Positions 28,872 to 38,831 of a stretch of DNA of 64,000 nt are shown here, piece after piece; position 1 is the first letter of the stretch, and each line of letters opens with the position of its first letter. The translations under genes and the position numbers were made by a program. The stretch comes from Bacillota bacterium (GTDB lineage: Bacteria; Bacillota; Sulfobacillia; JAIMAT01): contig JASBVS010000018.1 in the NCBI GenBank assembly GCA_029960955.1, positions 4,297-68,296 on the forward strand. Reading direction: 5' to 3'. The notes beneath the pieces are model-generated. The model was given only the letters and a program-made list of their open reading frames with translations. It was not told where the DNA came from and did not search any database.

Positions 28872-30062
28872 ATGCCGGCCGAGCTTCCTTGGGAACTGCG
28901 TCGCCGCGGCATCCGCGACGCGCGGCGGCATGATCAGCGGGTGCGCGAGGCCATCCGGAAGAACCTGCGCCACCTCGTGACCGAAGAGGCGATCATCAGC
29001 TCGGACGGGCAGAGGCTGGTGCGCGTGCCCATCCGCTACCTGGAGCGCTACCGCTTCCGTTACGGCCTGCCCCAGTCGCACCAGGGCGTCGGCCAGGGGA
29101 AGGGCGAGCCGGGCGAGCGGCTGGGCGAGCGCGAGGGCGGGGGCGAAGGAGCGGCCCAGGCGGGCGACGCGCCGGGAGAGCTGACCTTCGAGACCGACCT
29201 GACCGTCCAGGAGCTGGCCCGGCTGATGCTGGAGGACATGGACCTCCCCTGGCTCGAGCCGAAGGGCCGTGCGACGCGGAGCCGTGAACTCCGCTTCGAC
29301 GAGGTCCGCCGCGTCGGCTCGCTGGCCAACGTGGACAAGCGGCGGACGCTGCGCGAGAACGTGAAGAGGAAGGCGGCCCGCGGCGATCCCCGCCCCGGCG
29401 ACTTCGTCGAGGAGGACCTGCGCTACCGCAGTTGGCGCGAGGAGCCGCGGCTCCAGACGCAGGCGGCCGCCTACCTCCTCCTCGACCGCTCGGCCAGCAT
29501 GACGCTCGACAAGAAGTACGTCGCCAAGGCCTTCTTCTTCTGGATGGTCCAGTTCCTGCGCACCCGCTACGAGAGGGTGGAGATCGTCTTCATCGCCCAC
29601 GACGCGGAGGCGCGGGTGGTCGACGAGCGCACCTTCTTCGCCATCGGCTCCTCGGGCGGGACGATCTGCTCCAGCGCCTACAGGGCGGCGCTGGAGCACA
29701 TCCGCCGCCACCACCCGGCCCGGGAGTGGAACAACTACGTCTTCCACTTCTCGGACGGCGACAACTTCCCGGAGGACAACGCGGTGGCCGCCGAGGCGTT
29801 GCGCGAGCTCCTGGTCGAAAGCCGCATGGTGGGCTACGGCGAGATCGTGGAGGCGGCGGGGCCTTCCTTCTACGGCTCGCCGGAAGGCCGCGCGCGCGAG
29901 CGGGAGGCGGAGCGGCCGCGCGAGCTGGAGCGGCCGAAGAGCCTCTTCGGGCGGGCCCTGGCGCGCGTGGGCGACCCGCACTTCGTCGCCGTCGCCATCC
30001 ACCGCCGCGAGGACGTCTACGGGGCGCTCCGCGCCTTTCTCCTGGCCGACCACGGGGGGTGA
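28872..30062 (+). CDS. yhbH: YhbH/YeaH (DUF444) sporulation protein with vWA-like domain
   Basis: RHDQRVREAIRKNL; GVGQGKG; DRSASM; FFFWMVQFLRTRY; SSGGTICSSAY; HFSDGDN. Confidence 0.9.
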   Translation: MPAELPWELRRRGIRDARRHDQRVREAIRKNLRHLVTEEAIISSDGQRLVRVPIRYLERYRFRYGLPQSHQGVGQGKGEPGERLGEREGGGEGAAQAGDAPGELTFETDLTVQELARLMLEDMDLPWLEPKGRATRSRELRFDEVRRVGSLANVDKRRTLRENVKRKAARGDPRPGDFVEEDLRYRSWREEPRLQTQAAAYLLLDRSASMTLDKKYVAKAFFFWMVQFLRTRYERVEIVFIAHDAEARVVDERTFFAIGSSGGTICSSAYRAALEHIRRHHPAREWNNYVFHFSDGDNFPEDNAVAAEALRELLVESRMVGYGEIVEAAGPSFYGSPEGRAREREAERPRELERPKSLFGRALARVGDPHFVAVAIHRREDVYGALRAFLLADHGG

Positions 30063-30069
30063 AGGGGCC

Positions 30070-31458
30070 GTGCCGTTGGAGCCGCTTCCTGAACGTTTCC
30101 AGGAGGTGCTGGAGCAGGCGAGGGCGCTGGGCCTCGACTTCTTCGAGCTCCGCTTCGAGGTGGTGCCGGAGGAGATCATGGCCGAGCTGGCGGCCTACGG
30201 GCTGCCCACGCGCGCCCAGCACTGGTCCTACGGCCAGGTCTACAACCGCAACCGCCTCTTCGGGCGCATGGGCCTCTCGCGCATCTACGAGATCGTGCTC
30301 AACAACGACCCGGCCTACGCCTTCCTGCTCGACACCAACCGCCCGGTGGAGAACCTGCTGGTGGTCGCCCACGTGGCCGCCCACGCCGACCTCTTCAAGA
30401 ACAACGCGCTCTTCCAGGAGACCAACCGGCACATGGTGGCCGAGGCCGCCGCCCACGCGCAGCGCATCGACCGCTACCGCGAAGAGGTGGGCGACGAGCG
30501 TGTCGAGCACGTGATGGACATCGCCATGGCGCTGGAGCAGCACATCGACTTCCCCGAGGGGGTCCACCGCCGCCGCTACGAGGAGAGTGGCGCGGAGAGC
30601 AGACCGGGCGGCGCCGCGTCCCGCCGCGATCGGCCGGAGGAGCGGTTCGCCGAGCTCTTCCCCGAGGAGGAAGCCCCCTCCGGCCGGGAGCTGGCACCGC
30701 CGCCCCTTCCTCCCCACCCGGAGCGCGACCTTCTCTGGTTCCTGGCCAACTACGCGCCGCTGACGCACTGGGAGCGGGACATCCTCGAGATCCAGCGCGA
30801 GGAGTCCTACTACTTCTATCCCCAGTTCGCCACGAAGATCCTGAACGAGGGCTGGGCAACCTTCTGGCACGCCCGCATCCTGGAGGAGATGGGCTCGCTG
30901 ACGCCGGAGGAGACGCTGGAGTACGCCCGCCTGCACGCCGCCGTCGTCCAGCCCGGCTCGCGGCTCCAGGTGAATCCCTACTACCTCGGCTACCGGATCC
31001 TGCGCGACGTGGAGGAGCGGCTGGGACTCGAACGGCTCTGGCAGCTGCGCCGGGAGGAGGACGACGTCTCGCTGATCCAGAACTTCCTGACACCCGAACT
31101 GGCCGAGGAGATGGAGCTCTTCACCTACGGACCGCGGGGGCGCTTCGCCTCCGCCGGCCGCGAGCCGGATCTGGAGATCAAGAGCCGTGACATCGAGCAG
31201 GTGCGCGAGTTCCTCTGCCGTCCCCGCTACAACTACGGCGCGCCGCTGGTGGCCGTGACCGAGGTGCACCACGGCCAGCTCTACCTCGAGCAGCTGGACC
31301 GCCACGTCTCCGGCCTGGACCTCGAGTACGCCAAGAAGACGCTGGAGTACATCGGCGAGCTCTGGCGGGGACCCGTCCGGCTGGTCACCGCCGACGCCGA
31401 GGGACGGGAGGTGGAGCTGGCCTGGGACGGCCAGGAGAGCCGTCGCAGCCGGCCCTAG
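30070..31458 (+). CDS. spoVR: Stage V sporulation protein R
   Basis: YGLPTRAQHWSYG; IYEIVLN; AHVAAHADLFKNN; YYFYPQFATKILNEGWATFWH; NPYYLG. Confidence 0.93.
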   Translation: MPLEPLPERFQEVLEQARALGLDFFELRFEVVPEEIMAELAAYGLPTRAQHWSYGQVYNRNRLFGRMGLSRIYEIVLNNDPAYAFLLDTNRPVENLLVVAHVAAHADLFKNNALFQETNRHMVAEAAAHAQRIDRYREEVGDERVEHVMDIAMALEQHIDFPEGVHRRRYEESGAESRPGGAASRRDRPEERFAELFPEEEAPSGRELAPPPLPPHPERDLLWFLANYAPLTHWERDILEIQREESYYFYPQFATKILNEGWATFWHARILEEMGSLTPEETLEYARLHAAVVQPGSRLQVNPYYLGYRILRDVEERLGLERLWQLRREEDDVSLIQNFLTPELAEEMELFTYGPRGRFASAGREPDLEIKSRDIEQVREFLCRPRYNYGAPLVAVTEVHHGQLYLEQLDRHVSGLDLEYAKKTLEYIGELWRGPVRLVTADAEGREVELAWDGQESRRSRP

Positions 31459-31468
31459 GGGGCGGGCC

Positions 31469-32344
31469 CTAGGATGCGGGGGCGGCGGCGCTCTCGCGCG
31501 CCCGCCCGGCCAGCCAGGCCGTGGCGGAGGCCACCACGCCCACGGGATCCGGACCCATCAGGATGGCGTGCGGGTATCCCGGGTAGGTCCGGACGGCGGC
31601 GCCCGGAACGCTCCGCGCCAGCGACGCCACCCGCTCCTCGTCCACCAGCGGGTCGGCGCCGGGCAGGAGCCAGAGCGAGGGGACCCGCAGCTCCCGGGCG
31701 CGGGCGGCCAACACCTCGCCCGCCCGGACCACCTCCATGCCCCAGCGGATGGTGAACTGGCGCCCCAGCGTCCCCGCCGGCAACCCGGGCATCTCGCCCC
31801 GCCCGAGCAGCGGGGCGGTGAGGTACGGCAGGATCCTTGCGACGGCCCGGCCCAGCAGGCGTGCGGGCCAGCTCATGGTCCGCACCAGGATGAGCGCCGG
31901 CGCGCTGAGGACCAGCCCCGCCCACTCCCCGGGCTCCTCGAGCGCCAGCTCCAGCGCCACCAGGCCGCCCATGCTCTCGCCCCAGAGGAAGCGCGGCGCC
32001 GCCAGCCGCCCGGCCAGCGGCGCCAGGTCGCGCGCGTACACCTCGAACCGCTCCACGTCGCCGCGGCGCCCACCGGAAGCGCCGTGCCCGCGCAGGTCCG
32101 GCACCCAGACCGACCAGCCGCGGGTGGCCAGCTCGGCCGCCAGGGGCTCGTAGAGACCGCCGTGGGCGCCAGCCCCGTGGAGGACCAGGATGTCGCCCTG
32201 ACGATCGCCCCGCGCCTGCCAGCGACGCAGGACGAGGACGGTGCCGTCCCCGGCCCGAAACGTCTCCAACCGGTCCGGCTCGAACCCCTGCCAGGGCCGC
32301 AGCCGGTTGCCACCCTCGCTGCGGACCACCGTCGCCATCGCCAT
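31469..32344 (-). CDS. Alpha/beta hydrolase (lysophospholipase/monoglyceride lipase-like)
   Basis: LHGAGAHGGLY; DLRGHGAS; GESMGG; ADPLVD; YPHAIL (Ser-Asp-His triad). Confidence 0.85.
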   Translation of the reverse strand: MAMATVVRSEGGNRLRPWQGFEPDRLETFRAGDGTVLVLRRWQARGDRQGDILVLHGAGAHGGLYEPLAAELATRGWSVWVPDLRGHGASGGRRGDVERFEVYARDLAPLAGRLAAPRFLWGESMGGLVALELALEEPGEWAGLVLSAPALILVRTMSWPARLLGRAVARILPYLTAPLLGRGEMPGLPAGTLGRQFTIRWGMEVVRAGEVLAARARELRVPSLWLLPGADPLVDEERVASLARSVPGAAVRTYPGYPHAILMGPDPVGVVASATAWLAGRARESAAAPAS

Positions 32345-32398
32345 GCCTCCCGTTCGGACGGCTGGCGACCGGGCGGGACGGCTCGGCCCGGCGGGGGC

Positions 32399-33748
32399 TC
32401 AGCTCCGGCGAACCCCGCCCGCCAGGGGCAGCGAGCGGGCCGGCTCCTCCGCGGCTTCCCGCTCCGCCGGGCTGCGGCCGGCCTGCTCCTGCTCCGCCTC
32501 CGCCCGGCCGCGCCACCTCTCCACCGCCAGGAAGCCCAGGTTGAGCAGGATGCCCACCCCGGTGGCCAGCGCCATCCCTTCCAGGTGGAAACGGCCCAGG
32601 TCGACCACCGTGCCGCCCAGGCCGACCACCAGCGTGACGGAGGAGAGCATGAGGTTCTTCTGGTTACTATAGTCCACCCGGCCGTCGACCAGCATGCGCA
32701 GCCCCGAGGCGGCGATGGTGCCGAAGAGGAGGATCGAGACGCCGCCCATCACCGGCTGCGGGATGGCGTGAATGGCGGCGCCCAGCTTCGGCACGAAGGC
32801 GAGCAGGGCGGCCAGGAGGCCGGCGCCGCCGATCACCGAGACGCTGTAGACGCGGGTGATGGCCATGACGCCCAGGTTCTCGCCGTAGGTGGTGCTGGGC
32901 GGTCCGCCCATGAAAGAGGCGACCACCGTGGCCACCCCGTCGCCGAGGAGCGAGCGGTGGAGTCCCGGCCGCTTGAAGAAGTCGCGCCCGACGATGGAGT
33001 TGGCGACGAAGAGGTGGCCGATGTGCTCCGCCAGGGTGACCAGCGCCACCGGCGCCACCAGGGCGACGGCCGGCAGGCTGAAGGCCGGCGTGGCGAAGTG
33101 GGGCAGGCCGATCCAGGCCGCGCTGCGCACCGGCGCCCAGTCGACCAGCCCGCGGGCGGCGGCGAAGGCGTAACCGACCACCACGCCGGTCAACACCGGA
33201 ACGATCGAGAGGAAGCCCCGCCCGAAGACGGCCGCCGCCAGCGCCACGCCCAGCGTCACCACCGCCACCAGGATGCTGGCGGGATCCGTGGCGCCGTGGG
33301 CGTTCTTCATGGCCATGTTGATGGCGGTCGGCGCCAGGCCCAGGCCGATCACGATGACGATGGCGCCGACGAAGGCGGGCGGCATCAGCGTGTGGATCCA
33401 GTCGCTGCCGAGCCGCGAGACGAGGAGGGCGACGACGATGTAGACGAGACCCGCCGCCACGCCGCCGCCCAGGGCGGCCGGCATGCCGTAGGCCTTGGAG
33501 GCGGCGATCAGCGGCGCGATGAAGGCGAAGCTCGAACCCAGGTAGGAAGGCACCTGGAAGCCCGTGCTGACGATGTAGATCATCGTTCCGATCCCGCTCG
33601 CCAGGAGCGCGATGCTGGGATCGAGGCCGACCAGGTAGGGGACCAGGACGGTCGCTCCGAACATGGCGAACATGTGCTGCAGGCTGAGCGGGACGGCCTG
33701 CGCCAGGGGAGGATGCTCCTCGGGCATCAGGATCCTGCGCGTGCTCAT
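32399..33748 (-). CDS. pyrP: Uracil permease (NCS2 family, PyrP/UraA)
   Basis: SLQHMFAMFGATVLVP; YLGSSFAFI; EHIGH; PSTTYGEN; many TM segments; PyrR leader upstream. Confidence 0.92.
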   Translation of the reverse strand: MSTRRILMPEEHPPLAQAVPLSLQHMFAMFGATVLVPYLVGLDPSIALLASGIGTMIYIVSTGFQVPSYLGSSFAFIAPLIAASKAYGMPAALGGGVAAGLVYIVVALLVSRLGSDWIHTLMPPAFVGAIVIVIGLGLAPTAINMAMKNAHGATDPASILVAVVTLGVALAAAVFGRGFLSIVPVLTGVVVGYAFAAARGLVDWAPVRSAAWIGLPHFATPAFSLPAVALVAPVALVTLAEHIGHLFVANSIVGRDFFKRPGLHRSLLGDGVATVVASFMGGPPSTTYGENLGVMAITRVYSVSVIGGAGLLAALLAFVPKLGAAIHAIPQPVMGGVSILLFGTIAASGLRMLVDGRVDYSNQKNLMLSSVTLVVGLGGTVVDLGRFHLEGMALATGVGILLNLGFLAVERWRGRAEAEQEQAGRSPAEREAAEEPARSLPLAGGVRRS

Positions 33749-33804
33749 CGCTCTCCCTCCTTGCGGGAGTGAGTCTCCGGAGGCGGCGGGTGGTCGAGGG
33801 CGAC

Positions 33805-33888
33805 AAAAAAGCCCGGACAGTCCCGTCCGGGTTCAGCGTTCGCGCATCCTGATCCCTCCATTTCGCCCTCGCCGGAGCGAATTAATGG
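33805..33888 (-). promoter_or_regulatory. PyrR-binding loop plus intrinsic terminator (pyrimidine attenuator)
   Basis: Minus strand CCATTAATTCGC-TCCGGCGAGG-GCGAAATGG matches the UCCNGNGAGG core, followed by CCCGGAC-gggact-GTCCGGG-CTTTTTT; extended -10 TGcTAGACT at about 33909-33917. Confidence 0.85.
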
Positions 33889-33906
33889 CTTCTGGCTACC
33901 CGCGCG

Positions 33907-34650
33907 TCAGTCTAGCACTGCATGCCCCGCCTGTCCACGGGGAGCCGCCTCGAAGGCGGCGAGCACCGCCTCCAGCTCCTCTTCCCGGCGCCGGTGGAGC
34001 CGCCAGCCGAAGACGGCGGCCGCCTCCTCCACGAAGGCCGGAACCACCTCCTCCAGCCGGACGACCCGCCCTGCCTCGCGGCTGAGCGAGGTGGCGCCGT
34101 GGCCCTCGATGCCGCACGGCACGATCCAGCCGAAGGGTGCCAGGTCGTTCTCCACGTTGAGCGCCAGGCCGTGGAGGCTGACGCCCTCGCGGATGCGCAT
34201 GCCGACCGCGGCCAGCTTGTCCGGGCCGCACCAGACGCCCGGGTAGCCGGGCCAGCGCGACGAGGCGACGCCGAAGCGGGCGGCCACGCGGATGGCCACC
34301 TCCTCCACCTGCCGCACCAGCCGGGCCACGTCGCCCCCCACCGACTCCAGTCCCACCAGGAAGTAGGCGACCAGCTGCCCCGGCCCGTGGTAGGTGACGT
34401 CGCCGCCGCGGTCGGACTCGACCAGCTCGACGCCCCGGCGCCGGAACTCGTCGCGCGGCAGGAGCAGGTGCTGCCCGCCGCCCGCCCGCCCCAGGGTGAC
34501 CACCGGCTGGTGCTCGAGGAGCAGGAGGACGTCGGGCAGGGCGGCCGCCGCGCGCGCCGCGTGGACCCGCCGCTGGAGCGACCAGACCGCCCGGTAGGGG
34601 CGCGGCTCCTCCAGCCGGACCCACCACGCTTGCGGAAGGGTCATGCTCAC
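33907..34650 (-). CDS. lipB: Lipoyl(octanoyl) transferase
   Basis: LLLEHQPVVTLGR; DRGGDVTYHGPGQLVAY; KLAAVG; HGLALNV; IVPCGI. Confidence 0.93.
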   Translation of the reverse strand: MSMTLPQAWWVRLEEPRPYRAVWSLQRRVHAARAAAALPDVLLLLEHQPVVTLGRAGGGQHLLLPRDEFRRRGVELVESDRGGDVTYHGPGQLVAYFLVGLESVGGDVARLVRQVEEVAIRVAARFGVASSRWPGYPGVWCGPDKLAAVGMRIREGVSLHGLALNVENDLAPFGWIVPCGIEGHGATSLSREAGRVVRLEEVVPAFVEEAAAVFGWRLHRRREEELEAVLAAFEAAPRGQAGHAVLD

Positions 34651-35210
34651 TCACCCGGTTCCTCGGGCAGCGGATACTCCTCGTCCAGGAGGCGCAGGAT
34701 CTCGGCGAAGGTGCTGATCACTTCGTGGACATAGGTCTCGTTGATGGAGTCGGGGTCCCGCACCCACTCGGCGACGATCTGCGCCTCGGCCTCGGCGGGG
34801 TCGAAGCTGCCCGCGTCGTAGCGCTGCACCAGGCTGAGATGCGCCCGGTCGGCGTGGGCGGAGCTCAGCTCCGCCGAGACGCGATCCCACATGGCCACCG
34901 CGCTGGGACCCAGCCGCTCCTGCGAGATCGTGACGGTGGTCTCGAGGACCAGCGGCTGCTCTTCCAGCGGCTCTTCCTCGCCCTGGGCCGCCATCTCGTC
35001 CAGCACGTTGACCCAGAAGCGGATCTCGCCCGTCAAGGTGTAGTCGTCCTCGGGCTGTCCCGGCAGGCGGACGTAGCAGTCGAACTCGCGCTCGTAGGTG
35101 TCGAGGCCGATCGACTCCATCACACGGCCACTGAGGGCCAACTGGTCCTCCACGGAGGCCAGGACCCAGTTCTTCAACTGGTCGTAGAGACTGAGCGCGC
35201 TCGCCCTCGT
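34647..35210 (-). CDS. Acidic hypothetical protein (start uncertain)
   Basis: Globular-looking, non-shadow sequence LYDQLKNWVLASVEDQL..EREFDCYVRL..GEIRFW; stop overlaps the lipB start; TATGAT -10 at about 35347-35352. Confidence 0.65.
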   Translation of the reverse strand, partial: TRASALSLYDQLKNWVLASVEDQLALSGRVMESIGLDTYEREFDCYVRLPGQPEDDYTLTGEIRFWVNVLDEMAAQGEEEPLEEQPLVLETTVTISQERLGPSAVAMWDRVSAELSSAHADRAHLSLVQRYDAGSFDPAEAEAQIVAEWVRDPDSINETYVHEVISTFAEILRLLDEEYPLPEEPGE

Positions 35211-35304
35211 AGCCGATCCCTCCCTCGACGCCGTCCGCGCAGGCGCGGCGCGATGGCGGGAGCCTCCCGCCCGACCGCCGGTCGCGGCTCGGACCCACGA
35301 TACC

Positions 35305-36822
35305 TCAGCCCGTGGTGCCCGCCAACCTCTCCGGCCCCGTATCCTGATCATATCCCGCCCCGGGCCGGGAGGTGGTGACACGCGCCTCCGCCTCCGCCGA
35401 GGGCCGCGACGCCCGGCCGTGCCGCCGCCGCAGCTCGGCGAGGATCTCGGCCCAGGCGACGCCCTCGGAACGGAGCAGGAGGAGAAGGTGGAAGAGCAGG
35501 TCGGCGCTCTCCTCGAGCAGCCGCTGGCGCCCCTGGCCGGCGGCCAGCACGACCTCCACCGCCTCCTCCCCCACCTTCTGGCGCAGGCGGTCGGCTCCGC
35601 GGCGGGCGAGGCCGGCCACGTACGAGCCGGAGGGCATCCGGCGGAGCCGCTCGTCGAGCAGCCGCTCCAGCTCGTCGAGGAAGGTCGCCGGCGGATCCTC
35701 CCAGCAGCTGGGCGTGCCCAGGTGGCAGGCGGGCCCCTCGGGAAGGACGCGGTAGAGGAGCGCGTCGCCGTCGCAGTCCAGCGCCACCTCCACCACGCGC
35801 TGGCCGTGGCCGGAGCTCTCGCCCTTCCTCCAGAGGCGCTGCCGCGAGCGGCTCCAGAACCAGGCCCGGCCGTCGCGGAGCGTCCGCCGGAGCGCCTCCC
35901 GGTCGGCCCAGGCCAGCATGAGGAGCTGGCCGGTCTCCGCCTGCTGGACGACGACGGGGCAGAGGCCGCGCTCGTCCCAGCGCACCGCCCCGGGGTCGGC
36001 GGGGCGCGCACGGCGGGGCGCGCCGCCCCGCTCCGCCCCGGGGCCGCCGCCGGCCGGGCGGACGGGGAGGCCGGCCTCCAGGAGCTTCGCCTTCACCGCG
36101 GCCACGCTCATCTCGCCGTCGTGGAAGCGGGAGGCGGCCAGCGCCGCGGCGGCGCGCGTGCGCCGGAAGAGGTCGACGAAGTGCTCCACCCGTCCCGCCC
36201 CGCCGGAGGCGATCACCGGGACGGGGACGCGGTCGGCGACCGCCGCGACCAGCTCCAGGTCGAAGCCCTCCCCCGTCCCGTCGCGCGCCACCGAGGTGAG
36301 CAGGATCTCGCCGGCGCCGCGGCGGACCGCCTCCTCGGCCCAGGCGACGGCGTCCAGGCCGGTCGGCTTGCGCCCGCCCTCCACCACCACCTCCCAGCGG
36401 AAGCCGGCGCCGGGCGGCGCCGGGCGGGCGTCGACGGCGACCACCACGCACTGCGAGCCGAAGCGGCGCGCGGCGCGGTCGATCAGCTCGGGCCGGCGGA
36501 CGGCGGCGGTGTTGATCGAGACCTTGTCCGCGCCGGCGCGCAGGAGCGCGGCCACGTCCTCCAGGTCGCGGACGCCGCCGCCGACGGCGAGCGGCACGAA
36601 GAGGCGGCGGGCGGTCCGCCGCACCGCCTCGAGCAGGGGGCCGCGCCCTTCCTGGGAGGCGCTGACGTCGAGGAAGACCACCTCGTCCGCCCCTTCCTCC
36701 CCGTAGCGGGCGGCCAGCTCGGCGGGATCGCCCGCGTCGCGCAGGTTCTCGAAGCGAACGCCCTTCACCACCCGCCCGTCCTTGACGTCCAGACAGGGGA
36801 TGATGCGGCGGTACCAGGTCAT
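35305..36822 (-). CDS. hisFIE: HisF-HisI-HisE triple fusion (IGP synthase cyclase + PR-AMP cyclohydrolase + PR-ATP pyrophosphatase)
   Basis: One frame: [24 protein letters not shown] (HisF), a Gly/Pro linker, [28 protein letters not shown] (HisI), then [18 protein letters not shown] (HisE). Confidence 0.85.
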   Translation of the reverse strand: MTWYRRIIPCLDVKDGRVVKGVRFENLRDAGDPAELAARYGEEGADEVVFLDVSASQEGRGPLLEAVRRTARRLFVPLAVGGGVRDLEDVAALLRAGADKVSINTAAVRRPELIDRAARRFGSQCVVVAVDARPAPPGAGFRWEVVVEGGRKPTGLDAVAWAEEAVRRGAGEILLTSVARDGTGEGFDLELVAAVADRVPVPVIASGGAGRVEHFVDLFRRTRAAAALAASRFHDGEMSVAAVKAKLLEAGLPVRPAGGGPGAERGGAPRRARPADPGAVRWDERGLCPVVVQQAETGQLLMLAWADREALRRTLRDGRAWFWSRSRQRLWRKGESSGHGQRVVEVALDCDGDALLYRVLPEGPACHLGTPSCWEDPPATFLDELERLLDERLRRMPSGSYVAGLARRGADRLRQKVGEEAVEVVLAAGQGRQRLLEESADLLFHLLLLLRSEGVAWAEILAELRRRHGRASRPSAEAEARVTTSRPGAGYDQDTGPERLAGTTG

Positions 36823-37526
36823 GACGCCTCGCCTCCCAGCCGGATGCGTCCCTCGTAGAGGGCGCGGCCGACGATCAGGCCGCGGAGGCCCCTCTCCTCC
36901 AGCGCCGCCGCCCGCTCCACGTCCTCGGCGCCCGCGAAGCCGCCCGCCGCCCACCAGGCGAGCCCGGCGGGGAGCACCTCCAGGTAGGGCGCGGGGTCGA
37001 AGCCGGTCAGCGTGCCGTCGCGGGCGACGTCGCTGAGGAGGACCTCGCGGAGGCCGGCTTCCTGCCAGCGGAGGAGGAGCTGGCGCGGATCGAGCGCCTC
37101 CTCCCGCCGCCAGCCGGCCGTGGCGGGGCGGCCGGCGCGCAGGTCGAGCTGCGCCGTCACCCGCTCGGCTCCCCAGCGCTCCACGGCCTCCCGGAGCAGC
37201 TCCGGCTGGCGCACGGCCGCCGTCCCCAGGACCGCGCGCGCCACGCCGGCGGCGAAGGCGGCCTCGACGTCGGCGAGGCTGCGCAGGCCGCCGCCCAGCT
37301 CGACGGGCACGCCCAGCCCGGCGATCCGCGCCACCAGCGGGAGCTGCGCCGGGCGCCCCAGGCGCGCGCCGTCCAGGTCGACCACGTGCAGGCGCCGCGC
37401 CCCCTCGTCCACCCAGCGCCGCGCCGCCTCCAGCGGGTCGAGGTCGAGGAGCCGGCGTCCGAAGTCGCCCCGCTCCAGGCGGACCGCCCGCCCGCCCAGC
37501 AGGTCGACGGCGGGGACGATCAGCAT
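36819..37526 (-). CDS. hisA: ProFAR isomerase
   Basis: [18 protein letters not shown]; LHVVDLDGA; ELGGGLR; [10 protein letters not shown]; GRALY. Confidence 0.9.
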   Translation of the reverse strand: MLIVPAVDLLGGRAVRLERGDFGRRLLDLDPLEAARRWVDEGARRLHVVDLDGARLGRPAQLPLVARIAGLGVPVELGGGLRSLADVEAAFAAGVARAVLGTAAVRQPELLREAVERWGAERVTAQLDLRAGRPATAGWRREEALDPRQLLLRWQEAGLREVLLSDVARDGTLTGFDPAPYLEVLPAGLAWWAAGGFAGAEDVERAAALEERGLRGLIVGRALYEGRIRLGGEAS

Positions 37527-38197
37527 CCGCACCGCCCCGCGAAGCGCCCGAGGAAGGCGAGGCCGGCGGCCCCGCTCTTCTCGGGGTGGAACTGGCTGCC
37601 CCAGAGGTTGCCGCGGGCGGCGACGGCGGCCATGCGGAACCCGTTGTATTCGGCCCAGGCCAGGCGGAGGCCGTCGGGGCCGGGGCCGGCGCCGGCGCCC
37701 TCCACGCCGGCCGCGTAGGCGTGCACGAAGTAGAAGGGCTCGCCCGGCCGGGCGCCGCGCAGCGGGGCGGGCGGCTCGCCCTCCCAGAAGACCGCGTTCC
37801 AGCCCACGTGCGGCACCGGGTCGCCGGGCGGCAGGCGGCGCACGATCCCGGGAAGGAGGCCGAGCCCGGGCAGCGGGTGGGCGGGGTCGGGGGCGCCTTC
37901 CTCCGAGCCCTCGAAGAGCAGCTGGAAGCCCAGGCAGATGCCGAGGATCGGCATCCCCTCGCCGGCCAGCCGGAGGAGGCCCCCGGCCACGCCGCTCTCC
38001 AGCAGGCGCTCCATGGCGGGGGCGAAGGCGCCGACGCCCGGCAGGAGGAGCCCGTCGGCCTCCGCCAGCCGGGTCGCCGCCCCGGGCTCGCCGGCGTCCA
38101 CCAGGTGCCAGCGGGCGCCCACGGCCTCCAGTGCGGCGCCCAGGCTGAAGAGGTTGCCGACGCCGTAGTCGATCACCGCGATGGGCAGGGGCGCCAC
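37520..38197 (-). CDS. hisH: IGP synthase glutaminase subunit
   Basis: [10 protein letters not shown]; LPGVGAF; GICLGFQ; PHVGWN; QFHPEKS. Confidence 0.93.
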   Translation of the reverse strand: MAPLPIAVIDYGVGNLFSLGAALEAVGARWHLVDAGEPGAATRLAEADGLLLPGVGAFAPAMERLLESGVAGGLLRLAGEGMPILGICLGFQLLFEGSEEGAPDPAHPLPGLGLLPGIVRRLPPGDPVPHVGWNAVFWEGEPPAPLRGARPGEPFYFVHAYAAGVEGAGAGPGPDGLRLAWAEYNGFRMAAVAARGNLWGSQFHPEKSGAAGLAFLGRFAGRCGC

Positions 38198-38201
38198 CTC
38201 C

Positions 38202-38831
38202 TCAATCGATCCGCCCCTTGGTGGAGGGGACCCCGCGCCGGCGCGGGTCGAGCTCGACCGCCTGGCGGAGGGCGAGCGCCGCCGCCTTCCAGGTGGCCTC
38301 CAGCACGTGGTGCGGCTGCGAGCCGGCCAGCGTCCGCAGGTGGAGCGTCAGGCGCCCCTCGGAGGCGACGGCGCGCCAGAACTCGGCTGCCAGGTCGCTG
38401 TGGAAGAGGCCGAAGGCGCGCGGGGCCACCTCCACCCGCCAGTCGAGCAGGGGCCGGCCGGAGAGGTCGAGGGCGGCCAGCACCAGCGTCTCGTCCATGG
38501 GGACCGCCGCCCAGCCGAAGCGGCGGACGCCGGCGTGGTCGCCCAGCGCTTCCTGCAGCGCGCGGCCGAGGCAGAGTCCGACGTCCTCCACCGTGTGGTG
38601 CGCGTCCACCTCCAGGTCGCCCTCGGCCTCCACCTCCAGGTCGAAGAGGCCGTGGCGGGCGAAGGCGTCCAGGAGGTGCTCGAAGAAGGGGAGGCCCGTG
38701 CGCAGCGAGGCGCTGCCGCTCCCGTCGAGCGCGAGCCCGAGGCGGACGCGCGTCTCCCGCGTCGCCCGCTCCACCTTCGCCAGGCGGCCCGCCGCTCCGC
38801 CCGCCGGAGCGAAGCTCGCCTCTCCGCTCAT
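38202..38831 (-). CDS. hisB: Imidazoleglycerol-phosphate dehydratase
   Basis: RATRET; FFEHLL; DAHHTVEDVG; PMDE; HHVLEATWKA; PSTKG. Confidence 0.93.
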   Translation of the reverse strand: MSGEASFAPAGGAAGRLAKVERATRETRVRLGLALDGSGSASLRTGLPFFEHLLDAFARHGLFDLEVEAEGDLEVDAHHTVEDVGLCLGRALQEALGDHAGVRRFGWAAVPMDETLVLAALDLSGRPLLDWRVEVAPRAFGLFHSDLAAEFWRAVASEGRLTLHLRTLAGSQPHHVLEATWKAAALALRQAVELDPRRRGVPSTKGRID

